Source: Squatina squatina
Lineage: Eukaryota
Assembly: GCA_031763465.1 (NCBI GenBank)
Contig: JARFOE010000242.1
Coordinates: 1-46,917, forward strand
Direction of reading: 5' to 3'
DNA: 46,917 bases
Within the stretch, counting starts at the first letter, position 1. Every line of letters starts with the position of its first letter. A program made the translations under genes and the position numbers. The notes beneath the pieces are model-generated. The model worked only from the letters and a program-made list of their open reading frames with translations. It was not told where the DNA came from and ran no database searches. Below are positions 34,830 to 46,917 of the stretch, piece by piece.

Positions 34830-36345
34830 CAAAAATCAAGGAAGGTGGCAGGACCAGTTGCGAAGGCAGGAAATCAAGTGAATGGGGTAACTGGCTTTGA
34901 CAAAAAGAGGCACTGAGTACAAGAACAAGGAAGTACTGCTGAACATTCACAAACCACTGGTTCCTCCTCAGCGAGAATATTGTCTACAATTCTAAACACC
35001 ACTTTAAGAACGATCTCAAAAACATTGGGATGTAGAGAAAACCTTTCCAGAACGAAAGAATGAACTATGGACTTCAAATTAAGAAGCTCGAATTGTTCTC
35101 CTTACAGTAGAACAAGCTAAAGAGAGTTCAAATTGAGCTATTCCCAGTACTATGGGGTTAAGAGAGAACAAGCAAGGACAGAAATTTTCCTCTTAAATGT
35201 GTGCAGGCAACCAGCAGTCATGACTATAATATAATTGACAAAATTCCGAGAAGGGATATGGTGTTTATTTATTTGACACAGACGTTTGATCTGGAACGCA
35301 CCAGGTGAAAGTGTAGTGGAATCTGATTCCGTAGGAACTTTCAAAATGTAATAGTCGTGCACTTGAGGAGTACTTCGTTGCAGTACTATGGGTAGAAAGC
35401 TGGAGTGTGGGACTAAATTGGATAGCTTTTTGAAAAAGCTAGCACTGGGTGGTCCGGTGGATGGCCCCCTTTTACACTGGAGATTGTATTATTCTAAGTA
35501 AAAAAAGGTACATAGGCATATTTTTCGGACATAATTCAAATATTCCAATGGAACTTTTTCTGGGTGGCAGGCAGTGACTCGTGGGGTTTTGGAGGGATCT
35601 GTTTGAATTTTCTCTTAGGGCTTAATATAATAAAAAAAAGCCTTAAATGAAGGTCAGATAAACAAAAGGACACGTCCATGCCTAAGTGAAACAATCAGTG
35701 AAAAAGCAAAAGAAAGCAGCAGTGTGGAGTGTGAGATCAAACACTGAGCATCTTAACACATCTCCACATGCGACCATACCTTGAAACAGAATGGCAGTGC
35801 AGGCAGCGGGCTTTATTGTGGAATAAATGAAGGCTGAAAATGATGGATGTTATGAGAAAACGTCTGAGCACAAGGCACAGCTGCAGCACTATCTTTTCAG
35901 AAGGACATAAGCTCCACCCACAGTGCAGATCTATATCTCAGTGAGATGCTCAGATCGAGCAGAAGGAATGAGGAAGTGCAGTTAAATAAATTCTTTGATC
36001 TCAAAGCTGCCTAAATTATTCAACAGAAAGGTTTATGTTTTACAGACAATATAGACATGCTTAAAAATACGACATAGCACCTTAAGTTGAAAGAATGTTA
36101 GAAATGAAAATATATAAGAAGCAATCAAATGGAAAATGTTCAGCTCTGAAGAGAACATTAAAAGTAGTTTTAATGGAAATGAAAATGGAAGTGAGCGCTA
36201 TCTGTTCGGCTTAGTGTTCTTTCAGAGAAAGACAAGCTTAACTGCTGGCAGAAAGAACTTGTCTCAGAAGCAAATAGCAATCAATGTTTTTACTAGAATA
36301 TCCACTGACTGTGTTAAAATAAATCTTCTCCCCTTATATCGCCAA
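34830..36345 (+). repeat. Duplicated module copy 3 (CR1 34830-35495 plus conserved element 35680-36345)
   Basis: aaacactgagcatc, ccacatgc, cagctgcagca and gaatgaggaagt (35970-35977) in the same order. Confidence 0.85.
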
Positions 36346-36489
36346 ATCTGCTAATGAAGTTCATTCACAAAGGGTTTTGACCCCCATAGCTGGAATCTTT
36401 TGGAGCAGTGAATTATAAAATTGAATCATAGGACCGTGGAATACTACTGCACAGAAGTTCGGCCATCAATTATGATAATCTTTAATTGC

Positions 36490-36773
36490 GTACGGTGATT
36501 GTTTGCCAGGGGATCATCAGTGGTCATAACTCGTCATAACTCCACCTTCCTACTGCACATGTTCACATCCCAACAGATGATCAGCAGCAAAAGCACGAAT
36601 TTTGGCCAATGTTTCCTTAAGTAGCCTCGGAGCACTGAGTTGAATGGCATTGCCAGTATCTTCCCTTACTGGAGATCAGTGAACTCAGCAAGGAGTGGTG
36701 TTGATCATTGCACCTTATTCTTATGCACTTCTCACCTCTGCACTGCAGGCACTAACTGAGCTATCAGGAGACC
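36490..36773 (-). mobile_element. Possible tRNA-headed SINE remnant
   Basis: Minus strand starts ggtctcctgatagctcagttag (A-box-like); body is degenerate. Confidence 0.35.
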
Positions 36774-37199
36774 AATATGCTCTAATAGTGTCCCGATAAA
36801 ATGCCCTGTTCTTCAAATCCAGCAGAGTAACACATTTAACAGTGCCTGATAAAACTGATAGCAGGACTTTATTTCAACTTATCGAATAAAGACTAAAAAA
36901 TGCACTTGTCCAGAGATTGACAGCAAGTAGAACATGGCAGCACATGGAGTAGCTGAGGTTAAAACATAGAAATGTTTAAGTTAATAGGTGTTCGGCACAT
37001 GAGGAAGAGAGGGATATTGTTTGCTTATAGTGTCAGATGCATTAGAGTTGATGTGGCTGGTGTGGACTATAAACAAATGCATAAATCTGCTGGGCTGAAT
37101 TGCACATTTCCGTACTTTACTTTCTTGCAATTCTTTTTAGATTCACAGCAATGAACTGTGAGCGAGAATGATTATAAGGGAAGCCTGAATTATCTGCAC

Positions 37200-39600
37200 A
37201 GAAGGTCTACAACTCAGGCAGAATAATTTAACGGTTACATTGAGAATAGTGCATCAGAACAAGGAAGGTGTTTAAAACCATGGAATTAAAATCTATGGTG
37301 GAGATTTTATGATCAGCGTTGAATCGAAGATAATATGATGATAATTGGTAAATTAGATTGGCAAAAGTAGCCACGGGGACAAATTCAGAGAGTATTCGAG
37401 GTCGTTTCATAGAACAATATGTAATGGAACCAAGCAGGGAACAGGCGATTTTGGATCTGGTAATATGCTAAGAGACAGTTTTAATAAATTATCTCAGAGT
37501 TACAGATCCCCTTGGAACAATGATCATAACATGATAGAATATAGCTTTCAGTTTGTGAGTGAAAACCTTGGGTCCAAATAAGCTGTGCTAAAATTAAATA
37601 TGGTCGATTAAAATTCATGAGGAAAGATTTGGGTAAAGAGGACTGGGCAAGTAGTCCAGCAAATTAGGCGGTAGACAAGTATTTTTAAAAATGTATTTGA
37701 TGACCCGCAGCAAAGATACATCCCAGTGAGGAAGAAGGACACTTAGAGAGGTACGAACCATCCATGGCAAACCAAGCAACTTAAGGATCGTACCAAATTG
37801 AAAGACAAAGTGGCAAAGATTAATTGTCGGACCAAAGATTGGGTAAATTTGAGAAAAAAAAGCAAAGGATGAACAATAAAATTCAATAGGGGGAGAAAAT
37901 GGACTATCAAAGTAAACTAGCAAGGAACATAAAAAGTGACAGTAAGAGCTTATATAAGTATACAAAAAGGAAGCGATTGGCCAAAGTTATGAGAAATGGG
38001 AAATAGCCATTGGGAACAAGGAAAGGGCACAAGATTTGAACAAATATTTTGCCTCTGTCTTCACGTTAGAACACACACGAATTGCATCCCAGAAAAATTA
38101 ACAAAAAAAGGGGGCAAAAAGCGGGAGGAAATCGATACCATCACTACCATAGAGAAAAAGTGCATTGCAAAATAATGGGACGAAAGCCTGACAAGGCCTG
38201 TGGACCTGATGCTTGCATCTTAGGATCTTAAATAAGTTGCTAAAGAGATAGTTAATGCATTGCTTGTACTCCTCCCAAAATCACAAGATACTGGAAAAGC
38301 CCGGAGTATTGGAAAACCTGCAATGTTCCACCTTTATTCCGAAAGGAGGGAGACAAAAAGCAGGTAATTAGTTTCCATTTAGCCTAACTTCTGTCATTTG
38401 TTAAATGTTGGAATATATCATTTAGGAATTAAGAGCAGGACATTTAGAAATTCATTACCCAATCAACCAGAGTGAGCATGGCTTTCTGCAGGGGAAATCA
38501 TTCCTGAAAGATTGATTAAAGTCTTTCAGGAAAAAACGAGCAGGTTGGATAAACGGGAACCAATAGTTGTAATGTCTTGGGTTTCCAGAAGGCATTCGGT
38601 AAGGTGCCAGACAAAAGCTTTACTTAATAAGATAAGAGCTCATGGTGTTGGGGGCAATATACTGGCATCAGTAGATGAATAGCGAAGAAAACAGATAATC
38701 GGGATAAAGGGGTCATTTTCAGGATGGCATCCTGTACCTATTGGTCTGCCTCAGGGAACACTGCTGGGACCGCAACTGTTTACAATAAATATTAATGAAT
38801 TGGATGAAGGAAACGAGTGTACTGCAGCCAAATTTGCCGATGACACTGAGGAGGACATAAAAAGACTGCAAAGAGTTAGTAAGTGATGAAAAACTGGCAG
38901 CTGGACTAAAATGTGGGAAGAAGTGACGTTTTGCTTTTTGGAAGGAAGAATGGGAGAGGAGAATATTATTTAAATGGAGAAAGACTGTAGAAATCTGTGG
39001 TACAGAGGGATTTGGAGGCCATTGTGCACGAAACATTAATATTTAGTTTGCAGGTGCAGCAGGTAATTGGGAATGCAAATGAAATGTTGGCCTTTATTTC
39101 AATTGGGTGGGGGAGAAAGTATAAAATAGGCAAGTCTTGCTACAACTATACAGGTAAGTAGCGAGACCACACCCGGTACAATGCCGACAGTTTTGTTCCG
39201 CTAATCGACGGCAAGATAGACTTGCATTGGAAGCAGTTCAGAGAAGGGTCATTTGTTTGATTATGGGTGTGGATGAATGCTATGAGGAAAAATTGAACAG
39301 GTTAGAGCAGAGAGATTAACTGGACAATTTCTTGAATGGTAGCAGCAATGAGGGAATTCCGCTATAAGATGCGATGAGGGAAGCTGGGTTTGTTCTCCTT
39401 AGAGGCAGTGGTGGGCAAGTCATTAAATATATTCAAGAAGGAGATATATATATATATTTCTCAATGGTGAAGGGATCAAGGGATATGGGGAGAAAGCAGG
39501 AATGGGGTAATGAATTAGCCGAACAGGCATGATCATCTTCAATGGTGGAGCAGGCCCGAAGGTCCGAATGACCTATTCCTGCTCCTATTTTTTATGTTTC
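37200..39600 (+). mobile_element. Long degenerate CR1 ORF2 fragment (endonuclease end through RT) with 3' tail
   Basis: QAILDLVIC, FQKAFGKVP, GLPQGTLLGPQLFTININELDE and KFADDT motifs; many stops and frameshifts. Confidence 0.92.
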
Positions 39601-39814
39601 TCTCTTTCCATGAAATAATAATGAGGGGTGATGAAGGTAGTGCAATAGATGTTATATATCTGGATTGTTAGTATTGTATCATGGGAGATGCTCACTGGAA
39701 AATTAGAAGCAAATGCTATAAAAAGGGACGGTGGTGAATTATGTTCTTAATTGTTGAGGGGATATGGTGCAGATATTAGTGCTGAATTAGTGTTTTCTGA
39801 CCATGTGGAAATAC

Positions 39815-41238
39815 ATATGACCATAAGAAGTAGGAGCAAGAGTAGGCCATTCGGCCCGTCGAGCCCGCTCCACCATTCAATTGGATTATGGCTGATCTGA
39901 CATTCCTTAAGTCCAACTTCCCGCCTTCTCCCCATAACCCTTGATTCCCTTACTGATCATAAATCTATCTAACTCGGAGTTAAATATGCACAAGGTCTCA
40001 GCCTCCACAGTCCTCCGTGGCAAGGAGTTCCAAAGACTCACAACCCAATGGGAGAAGAAATTCATCCTTGCCTCTGTCTTAAATGGGCGCCCCCTTATTC
40101 TGAGTCTGGGTCCTCTGGCCCCAGACTCACCCATGAGAGGAAACATCCTCTCACAATTTAACATGTCCAGCCCCCTCAGAATTTTATATATTGCAATAAG
40201 ATCTCCTCTCATTATTCTAAATTCCAATGAGAAGTGTCCCGACCTGTTCAACCTTTCCTCAGAGGAAACTCCATCCAGACCCTGAATCATCCTCGTCAAC
40301 AGTCTCTGAACTGCCTCCAATGAATTTATATCCTTCCTTAAATACGGGGAACAAAACTGCTCACAGTACTCCAGATATGGTCTCGCTTGTGACTTGTATA
40401 GTTGCAGCAAGACTTCCTTACCTCTATACTCCAACCCCCCTTGAAATAAAGGTCAACAGTCCATTAACCTTCCCTGTTACCTGCTGCGCTTTTGTGTTAG
40501 CTTTCTGTATTTCATGCACTAGGACACCCAAATCCCTTTGTGATGCAGCTGTCTGCAGTTTTTCTACTTTAAATAATACTCTGTTCTTCTGTTTTTCCTT
40601 CCAAAACTAAAGTCTTCACATTTTCCCACAATATAGTCCATTTGCCAACTTTTTGCCCACTCAACTACCCTATCAATACCTCTCTGTAAAATGTTTGTAT
40701 CGTCCTTGCACCTTGCCTTTCTACCTATTTTTTTGTTAACTGCAAATGTACCTACAGTGTACTCGCTTACTACCTCCAAGTCGTTTATCTATATTGACAA
40801 CAGTTGTGGCCCCAGTACTTGTGGCACCCCACTGGTTACTGTTTGCCAATCAGAATATGACCCCCTTATCCCTACTCTTAGTTTCCTCCCTGTTAGCCAA
40901 TCCTCTATCCCTGACAAAAAATTACCTCCAAACACCATATGCTTTTATCATAAAGCTTATACATTTGTGAGATACCTTGTCGAAAGACTTCTCCAAATCC
41001 AAATACAATATATCTACTGGTTCCCCTCTATTCAATCTGGCTGAGATATACTCAAAAACCCTCATAAATTTGTCAGGCACGATTTCCCCTTTAGGAAGCC
41101 ATGCTGACTCTGGGTGATTAGATTGTGATTTTCCGAATGAGCTGCTATTACTTCCTTAAATATTGATTCTAGCATTTTTCCAACAATCGATGTTAAGATA
41201 ATTGGCCTATCATTATCTGCTTTTGTCTCCTTCCCTTT
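39815..41238 (-). mobile_element. Comparatively young CR1 LINE, RT to 3' tail
   Basis: 175-aa ORF 39907-40434 (RPYLEYCEQFCSPYLRKDINSLEAVQR..FSLEFRIMRGDLI..VSLWNSLP); tail near 39820-39900. Confidence 0.95.
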
Positions 41239-43630
41239 GTATCCCCAGGGGCCGGTGATACCATCTTGATTTTCCTAATATATAAATGACCTTTACGTCT
41301 GTATAACAGATAATATTTCGAACATTGCCTTTGAAATATATTTGTCTAAGATACAAATGGTGAGGAGGACATTAGCCGACTCCAAGAGGACAGAGTCGGA
41401 GCGATGAAATGGACAGACCTATGCCAGATGCAATTTACTGCAACTAACTGCAGTGATGAACGTTTGCAGATAAATGCTGCAGCATTTTCAAGAGGGAAAA
41501 TAGCAACGGCGGTTGCTGAACTTTCCGCACAAAAAGTTGAAGGTAAAGTTGTAATTGTGCCGTGCAAATTGTTCGGGTAATTATGAGCACATATGTGATA
41601 ATTGAATTTGAAAAGTGGCATTGAATACAAAAACAAGGAACTGATCTGAAGATTAAATAAGCACTGCTGAGGGCTCAACTGGAGTACAATTCTAAACACA
41701 ACATTATATCAACGAAATAAATAATTTTTGAGAATACAAGGAATGTTTCCAAAATGAACATAGGCATGAGGGACTTCAATAGGAGAAACTGGAATTTCTA
41801 TCTTTGCAACATGACAGGTTGATCGGAGACCAAATCAATCTATTCCCAATGTTATGGTGTTTTGAAACTGCACGTAGCGATAAACTGTTTCTCCATGCTA
41901 ATGGGTCAGTAAGCAAAGCTCACAGATTTAATAAAATTGAAAATATGCTGAGACAGAAAATGCTGCGACAATATTTGACACAGAGGGTTGCTAATATGTG
42001 GAACGCACCACCTGAAATCAGTTGGATTCAGATACCATAGAAAGTTTGAAATCACAATTGGACGTGACCTTGAAGAGTAATAATATGCATGGTTCGGAGT
42101 CAAAAATTCGAGGCTGGGAATAAATTGGACTGTTATTTCAAAAAGCCTCCACATGGATGGCGGGCCGAATATACTCCTTCTCAGTTGTATGATTCTAACT
42201 AAGTAAAGTATTTTGACATGTCTGTATGGAAATAAATGTAATAATTCATGGCAAGTTAAAATATGACACTTGGGTTTAATAAACAGCTTTACATGATGCT
42301 CAGATACACAAATGTTCATTTTGACGCTGAGTGAAAACAGCATTAAAAATGTAGGGATAGAGCTGGGTGGAATGTGTGTGTAAACACTGAACATCTTTAC
42401 AGATCGCCACATGCGGCCACTGCACGAATCAGAATTGCAATGCAGCGGCGGAGCTCCATTACAGAATGGAAGGAGGCAGTAACTCTGGGCATGAGACCGA
42501 AAAAACATGGAGTTTAGGATATAGATCCTGATCACAATGGGCAGATGCAACACTGTGTATGTTGAACGGCATTAGTCTCTGCCCACTACACAGATCTGTA
42601 CCACATTGACATGCTCAACTCCAGCAGACTGAATGAGGAAGTGCATTTAAATGTATTCGTGGAATTGAACGCTGCGTGAATCATTCACCTGAAACAGTTA
42701 ATTGTACAGACAGTGCACAAACGCTCAAAAATACCACAAAGTGAATTAAATTGAGATGCAAGTTAGGAGAGGAAAAGGAAAAATTAGGAAACAAATGGAG
42801 AATGGCTCGTTCTGCAGACACACTAACGGCAGTCTAAACTGTCCAAACGGAAGTCAGCGGTTTCAGCTCGAAATAGCTTTAGTTCAAAGAAAGAGAAACT
42901 TTGCTTCTTGCAGAAAGTTTAGTCTCTCAGAATCAATGGCACAGTTAAAATGTATTAACATGACTCTCCACTGACGATTAATATTTTCTTCTCATCTCTC
43001 ACTCGAAATGTCCTGAATCATTGAATCATAGAATCAACTGAACATCTTTGTGAAACCTCATCAGATCATATTGGGCATTATCAGACACAAGCCTTATCGT
43101 TTTATTTCAATTCCTCTGATCATTACCCTTTATTCTATGATGGCGGACACTCCCCCTGGATCACAGTTTTAATGCTGGCAGTTTTCCGTTTTGCCCGAGA
43201 GTAGAATGGAGACTTTAACTATCGGAGCTCAAACGCTGTGCACCCGTATACAGTCTGGTAATAGAACATATAAGTATGGACCCTGACATTGTACTCACTG
43301 GACTTCCACTAATCAACACATTACAACGAGACTACAAGGTAATGATTAGGTGCCGGCAATCTCTCTAATTCTCTCTCCGCCGAATACCAGGAATGCACTC
43401 TGTAAATCTATTAAATGTCGCGCTCGGAATTTAGTGCAAACAAGCATCCGCTCTGACAGATTTCAAATGTTAAGTCCTCCACACCACACCAGGCGTTTCT
43501 TTTGCCCACTGAGCAAGCAGAGATCGGGCACAGCAGGGCTCAGTTCCACTCGCTCGTTACATTTTCTCTTTCAGCTTCTTCACTGACCCAGAATGTAATA
43601 ATTTAGATTTTAATATGTTTCACGCCTCAC

Positions 43631-43661
43631 CAAACATTATTCACACAGTGTCTGTATCCAT
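43631..43661 (-). pseudogene. Disabled 31-nt signal-peptide exon of IgSF receptor gene 2
   Basis: gaacATGG; MDTDTV*IMF, then G|GTGAGG; paralogue of 17350-17380. Confidence 0.65.
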
Positions 43662-43739
43662 GTTCTACGCTGAGTTAATTTGAGACATAAGAGCTGTGAG
43701 GAGCTGCGACTGAGGCTCTTGTTCCACCAAGCAGAAGAG

Positions 43740-43815
43740 ACTAGCCGGAAGCATTGAGACAATAAGAGGAGAAACAAATGCTGAGAGGAAGTGACGTGCT
43801 CCCCACAATTAAAGC
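43740..43815 (-). promoter_or_regulatory. Putative leukocyte-type proximal promoter of gene 2
   Basis: GAGGAAGT (PU.1/ETS) at 43785-43792 overlapping TGACGT, and CCGGAAG at 43745-43751; about 85-130 bp upstream of the leader ATG. Confidence 0.45.
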
Positions 43816-44646
43816 AACAGCCCTGAGGTTTTACCAGCTGAAAAACGATGTGGATTGAAACGTCATAACTTGCAACATGGTAAACTTTTAATGTAAGAAT
43901 GCAATCACATAATGACGGGTCTGATTGGACTATGTACACAGAAGAACACCATGAGTCTTTTGTGCTCAGACAGAACCTCAGGTTCCTTCAGGATTCGGAT
44001 CTCTGGGACAGTGAAATACACTCTTCCCACTTCAGTATAAGCATCAAACATTCAAAAGTCATGTACTGAACAACAAAATACAACAACAGCATATCCGAAC
44101 CCAAACCGCAGAAGAGTGCCACTTCTGGAAAGGTTCATTATTTTAGTGGTTCATAATCCACAATAGTGTGTGCACTTTCACCGTGATGATCTTACTAACA
44201 GATGTGATGTTACTTGTACGTCAGAGTCGATTAAATAATAACACTTGAATATCTGAAACTGGTCGCAATGCTATTAAATAGAGTTCATGTTATATAGAAT
44301 AGGAAGGACAAGCACATTCGACGCAAGCATAAAACAGGCAGATAGAGACATGAGGCATCAATTTTTAGCTCCACTTTTCCAACTGGCGCTCTGACAATTC
44401 ACTGCTTCAGGCTTATTATCATTCTCTCCACTGATGGACACCAATTACCCAATTGACATTTTAATATAATCCACTTGTATCAGGATAATTTTCCTGCTGC
44501 CAGGCCACTAATTATCGCAATTTAAGCTTCATATTCCTAAAACACGCCGATGTAATTTGATCTCTTCACTTGTTTGTCTGGAGATAAATTGCAGAGAACG
44601 CACATGTTTCTGTCCAAATTATTGCAGCTTTCAGTGGCGAAACAAA

Positions 44647-44687
44647 TCAGTGCTGGAGCACCTGCTTAGGATTCGATCCTCAGCATC
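44647..44687 (+). pseudogene. tRNA-Ala(AGC)-like remnant with internal deletion
   Basis: tcagtgctggagcacctgcttag matches TCAGTGGTAGAGCGCATGCTTAG, and gattcgatcctcagcatc matches GGTTCGATCCCCAGCATC; the segment between them is missing. Confidence 0.5.
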
Positions 44688-44994
44688 ATAAGCAAATATT
44701 TTTCAAAAGGTTTGTCAAGAGGGTTACTTTATGAGGGCAGCGTGTTCGAACATCTGACGCACTACACATATAATTCGCCAGGGTCTGTTGTGAAGCCCAT
44801 GTTCACCTAGACACTTTAAATCGTAGCAGCCTCGACTGACCGCATTTTGTGATTTTGCAGAGGGAGCTGTCATGGCACTTGTTCTTGTTTGGCTTCCTAG
44901 GATTTCATGCATTTCATGTTTCAATCAGAGATCCATTTTCAGCCCGTTCATTTAACCTTAGCCCTTGGATCTCACAGGAGTATTGTTGAAATGG

Positions 44995-45109
44995 TCAAAG
45001 AGGAGCAGAATCCTCGTGAACTGAATCCAAAGTAAAAAAGCTGGATTCCTCGGTATCGCTGGGTAGCTCGTTTCCTGAGTGAGACAATGAAGAATACAGA
45101 CTTGCTTCC
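44995..45109 (-). CDS. Candidate terminal cytoplasmic exon with an ITIM, from an upstream receptor gene lying to the right
   Basis: Strong acceptor ctgacatctgtcttgctttgcag|. Phase-2 frame EASLYSSLSHSGNELPSDTEESSFFTLDSVHEDSAPL*; SLYSSL fits the ITIM consensus. The reading frame is not independently fixed. Confidence 0.45.
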
Positions 45110-45589
45110 CTGCAAAGCAAGACAGATGTCAGTGAGCATGTACCTCAGCAGTGCATCGCATGTTTTGCACATATGAGGATTCTGTGTTGAAGAAATTTCC
45201 ATGAAATTTCCATTGCATATTTTCAGTAAAATTGTGCAAAGTGGCTCTTGGATCTACCTTCCATTTCCACACTTGGTCAGTGAAGACCTTATTTTTCGGA
45301 GACAACCTTGACGTTTGCACAATATATAATTCATTGGAAAAGCACAAGCACCATTTCATTGGCTCCCAACCCGGGAATGGATTGATGGCCATGTTATATA
45401 TTAATCCAGTGTGAAGGATTGGGAAGACTTCAAAATAATCCCTTAGACTACACGATGGTAGGGATAGCCTTGAAGTTAGGAGGTTCCTTTTTCCTGGAGA
45501 GCAGCGAGTTGGCCCTTCCTGTGTTGTATGCTATCTCTGTGATTGCCTTCAAGAGGGAGCTGTGACAAAACAGATCACATTTTAAACAG

Positions 45590-45915
45590 AGAATTGTGAA
45601 GTGATCTAATTTGGTAGCACGTATTAGGAGAGTAAATAGGAACCATAGTGTTCAATTTTAAGAAAAAACTGAGTGTTTGTACAGAAACCTTTGAAGGTGG
45701 CAGGACACGATCACAAGACTACTACAAAAGAATATACGATCTTTTGACGTATTAATAGAGAAATGAAGTGCAAAAGCAAATTGCTATGTTGAACCTTTAT
45801 AAAATACTGTTTCGGCATCCGCTGGAGCAATGTGATCATTTCTGAGCACCAGATTTTAGGAGTGGTGGCAATGCCTTGGAGAGGATGTATTCTGTGTTTC
45901 ACCAGATTTGACCAG
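45590..45915 (+). mobile_element. Degenerate CR1 fragment
   Basis: MLNLYKILFRHPLEQC remnant. Confidence 0.75.
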
Positions 45916-46779
45916 AGGAAGTTGCTGGCTGTAGGCACAGAGCTGCTGCATCTGAGGCTCCAGAAACACACCATTCCCCGGAGCATGTCAAGATCCGAAT
46001 GTTCCCTGAGCAGCTCAGCTCCCAGCAGCCACTGACTGACCGTATTATGTGACGGTGAAATGCAGAGCGAGCGGTCACAGTTCATGTTGCTGTTTGACGC
46101 CATGCCGTTCTTCCATCTCACTCACTGATTCTGATATCGGATTTGAGGCTGGTGCCTAAACCTTGGCCGTTGCATTCATGGCTTGTTATGGAAATGTTCA
46201 AAGTAAACAGGGAAAGAACCCCCTTGAAGGAAAACCAATGTTCAAGAGATTGAGCCCTCGGCACCGCTGGGCAGCTGCTTGTGCGTGGGAGACAAGCACC
46301 AACAGCCTGCGTTTAAATCGCACAGTTAACACAACTGTGAGAGATAATAGAGAATACACACTGGATTGTCTTTAAAGAAGTGGTAGCTTCATGCAGATGT
46401 ATTCCAGTTGTGGAGTGCATGCTTCGCATGGATGAGGACCCGGCATCTCCAATCACATTATATTGCCCACACTGAAACGATCAACCTGGACTCGCCTCAC
46501 ATTCAGACAAGGGCAGTCAAGATTAATTATTACTTGGAGACAAAGCAGACATTCTGGACAGAAAATCATTCATTGGAGGAGCGTACTCACCGATTCAATG
46601 GCTGCCAATCCAGGATTGGATTGAGAGCCCAGATTTCACATTCGAGATCAAGGTGATATTTAATACGGTCGCTCCAAATAACGAGTTGTTTTCATAAGTT
46701 CGTTAGGCAGGATTGTTTTGTCACTGGCAGGAGGGTCAGTAACCAGAGGATCCCAAATTCAAGATAAATTTTCAAAAGA

Positions 46780-46917
46780 ACGAGCAGGTGGAGAGGTGGA
46801 GCAACAGAGGGACCTAGGAGTTCATGTTCATAGATCTTTGAAAGTTGCGACTCAAGTGGATAGGGCTTGTAAGAAGGCATATGGTATCCTAGCGTTCATT
46901 AGCAGAGGGATTGAGTT
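46780..46917 (+). mobile_element. CR1 ORF2 fragment running off the window edge
   Basis: QRDLGVHVHRSLKVATQVDRACKKAYGILAFISRGIE. Confidence 0.9.

Larger units (their letters stand above)
41239..44125 (+). repeat. Duplicated module copy 4 (CR1 41239-42200, conserved element about 42325-43010, leader/promoter region)
   Basis: Collinear with 14815-17840 over about 2.9 kb. Confidence 0.9.

Noticed and set aside
41906-42553. Longest ORF (215 aa) and related MWRxVxMLSV frames in the repeated element
   Set aside because: It runs antisense into CR1 sequence, and paralogous copies have stops and frameshifts in this frame.
20405-43650. CACAGTG heptamers (about 20405, 20416, 35910, 43644) as V(D)J recombination signals
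   Set aside because: No ACAAAAACC-like nonamer at 12 or 23 bp, and no V segments.
45915-46660. Possible L1/Tx1-like fragment
   Set aside because: Too degenerate to assign by eye.

Overview
Repeat-rich vertebrate genomic DNA, most likely a cartilaginous fish (inferred from shark-type CR1, L2, RTE and Penelope remnants and a two-exon GPR139-like gene). No complete intact protein-coding gene is present, and almost all listed ORFs are chance or retroelement frames. Reading across splice sites and around the retroelements shows a decaying cluster of immunoglobulin-superfamily leukocyte receptor genes, which the ORF track misses. On the minus strand it has two 31-nt signal-peptide exons (17350-17380, 43631-43661) and two disabled C2-type Ig exons (12076 to 9938, split by a CR1 insertion, and 8981 to 8699). 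ITIM-bearing terminal exons lie at 841-990 (+; DPQEITCAAL...SLYAEV) and 44995-45109 (-; SLYSSL). A [CR1 + ETS/E-box-rich element] module occurs four times. Also present: a GPR139/GPR142-like GPCR pseudogene (24097-30294) with old minisatellites in its intron, two tRNA pseudogenes, a CpG-type promoter at the left edge, a 5'-inverted CR1 and an assembly gap. Retroelement boundaries are approximate, and family assignments were made by eye without any database search.
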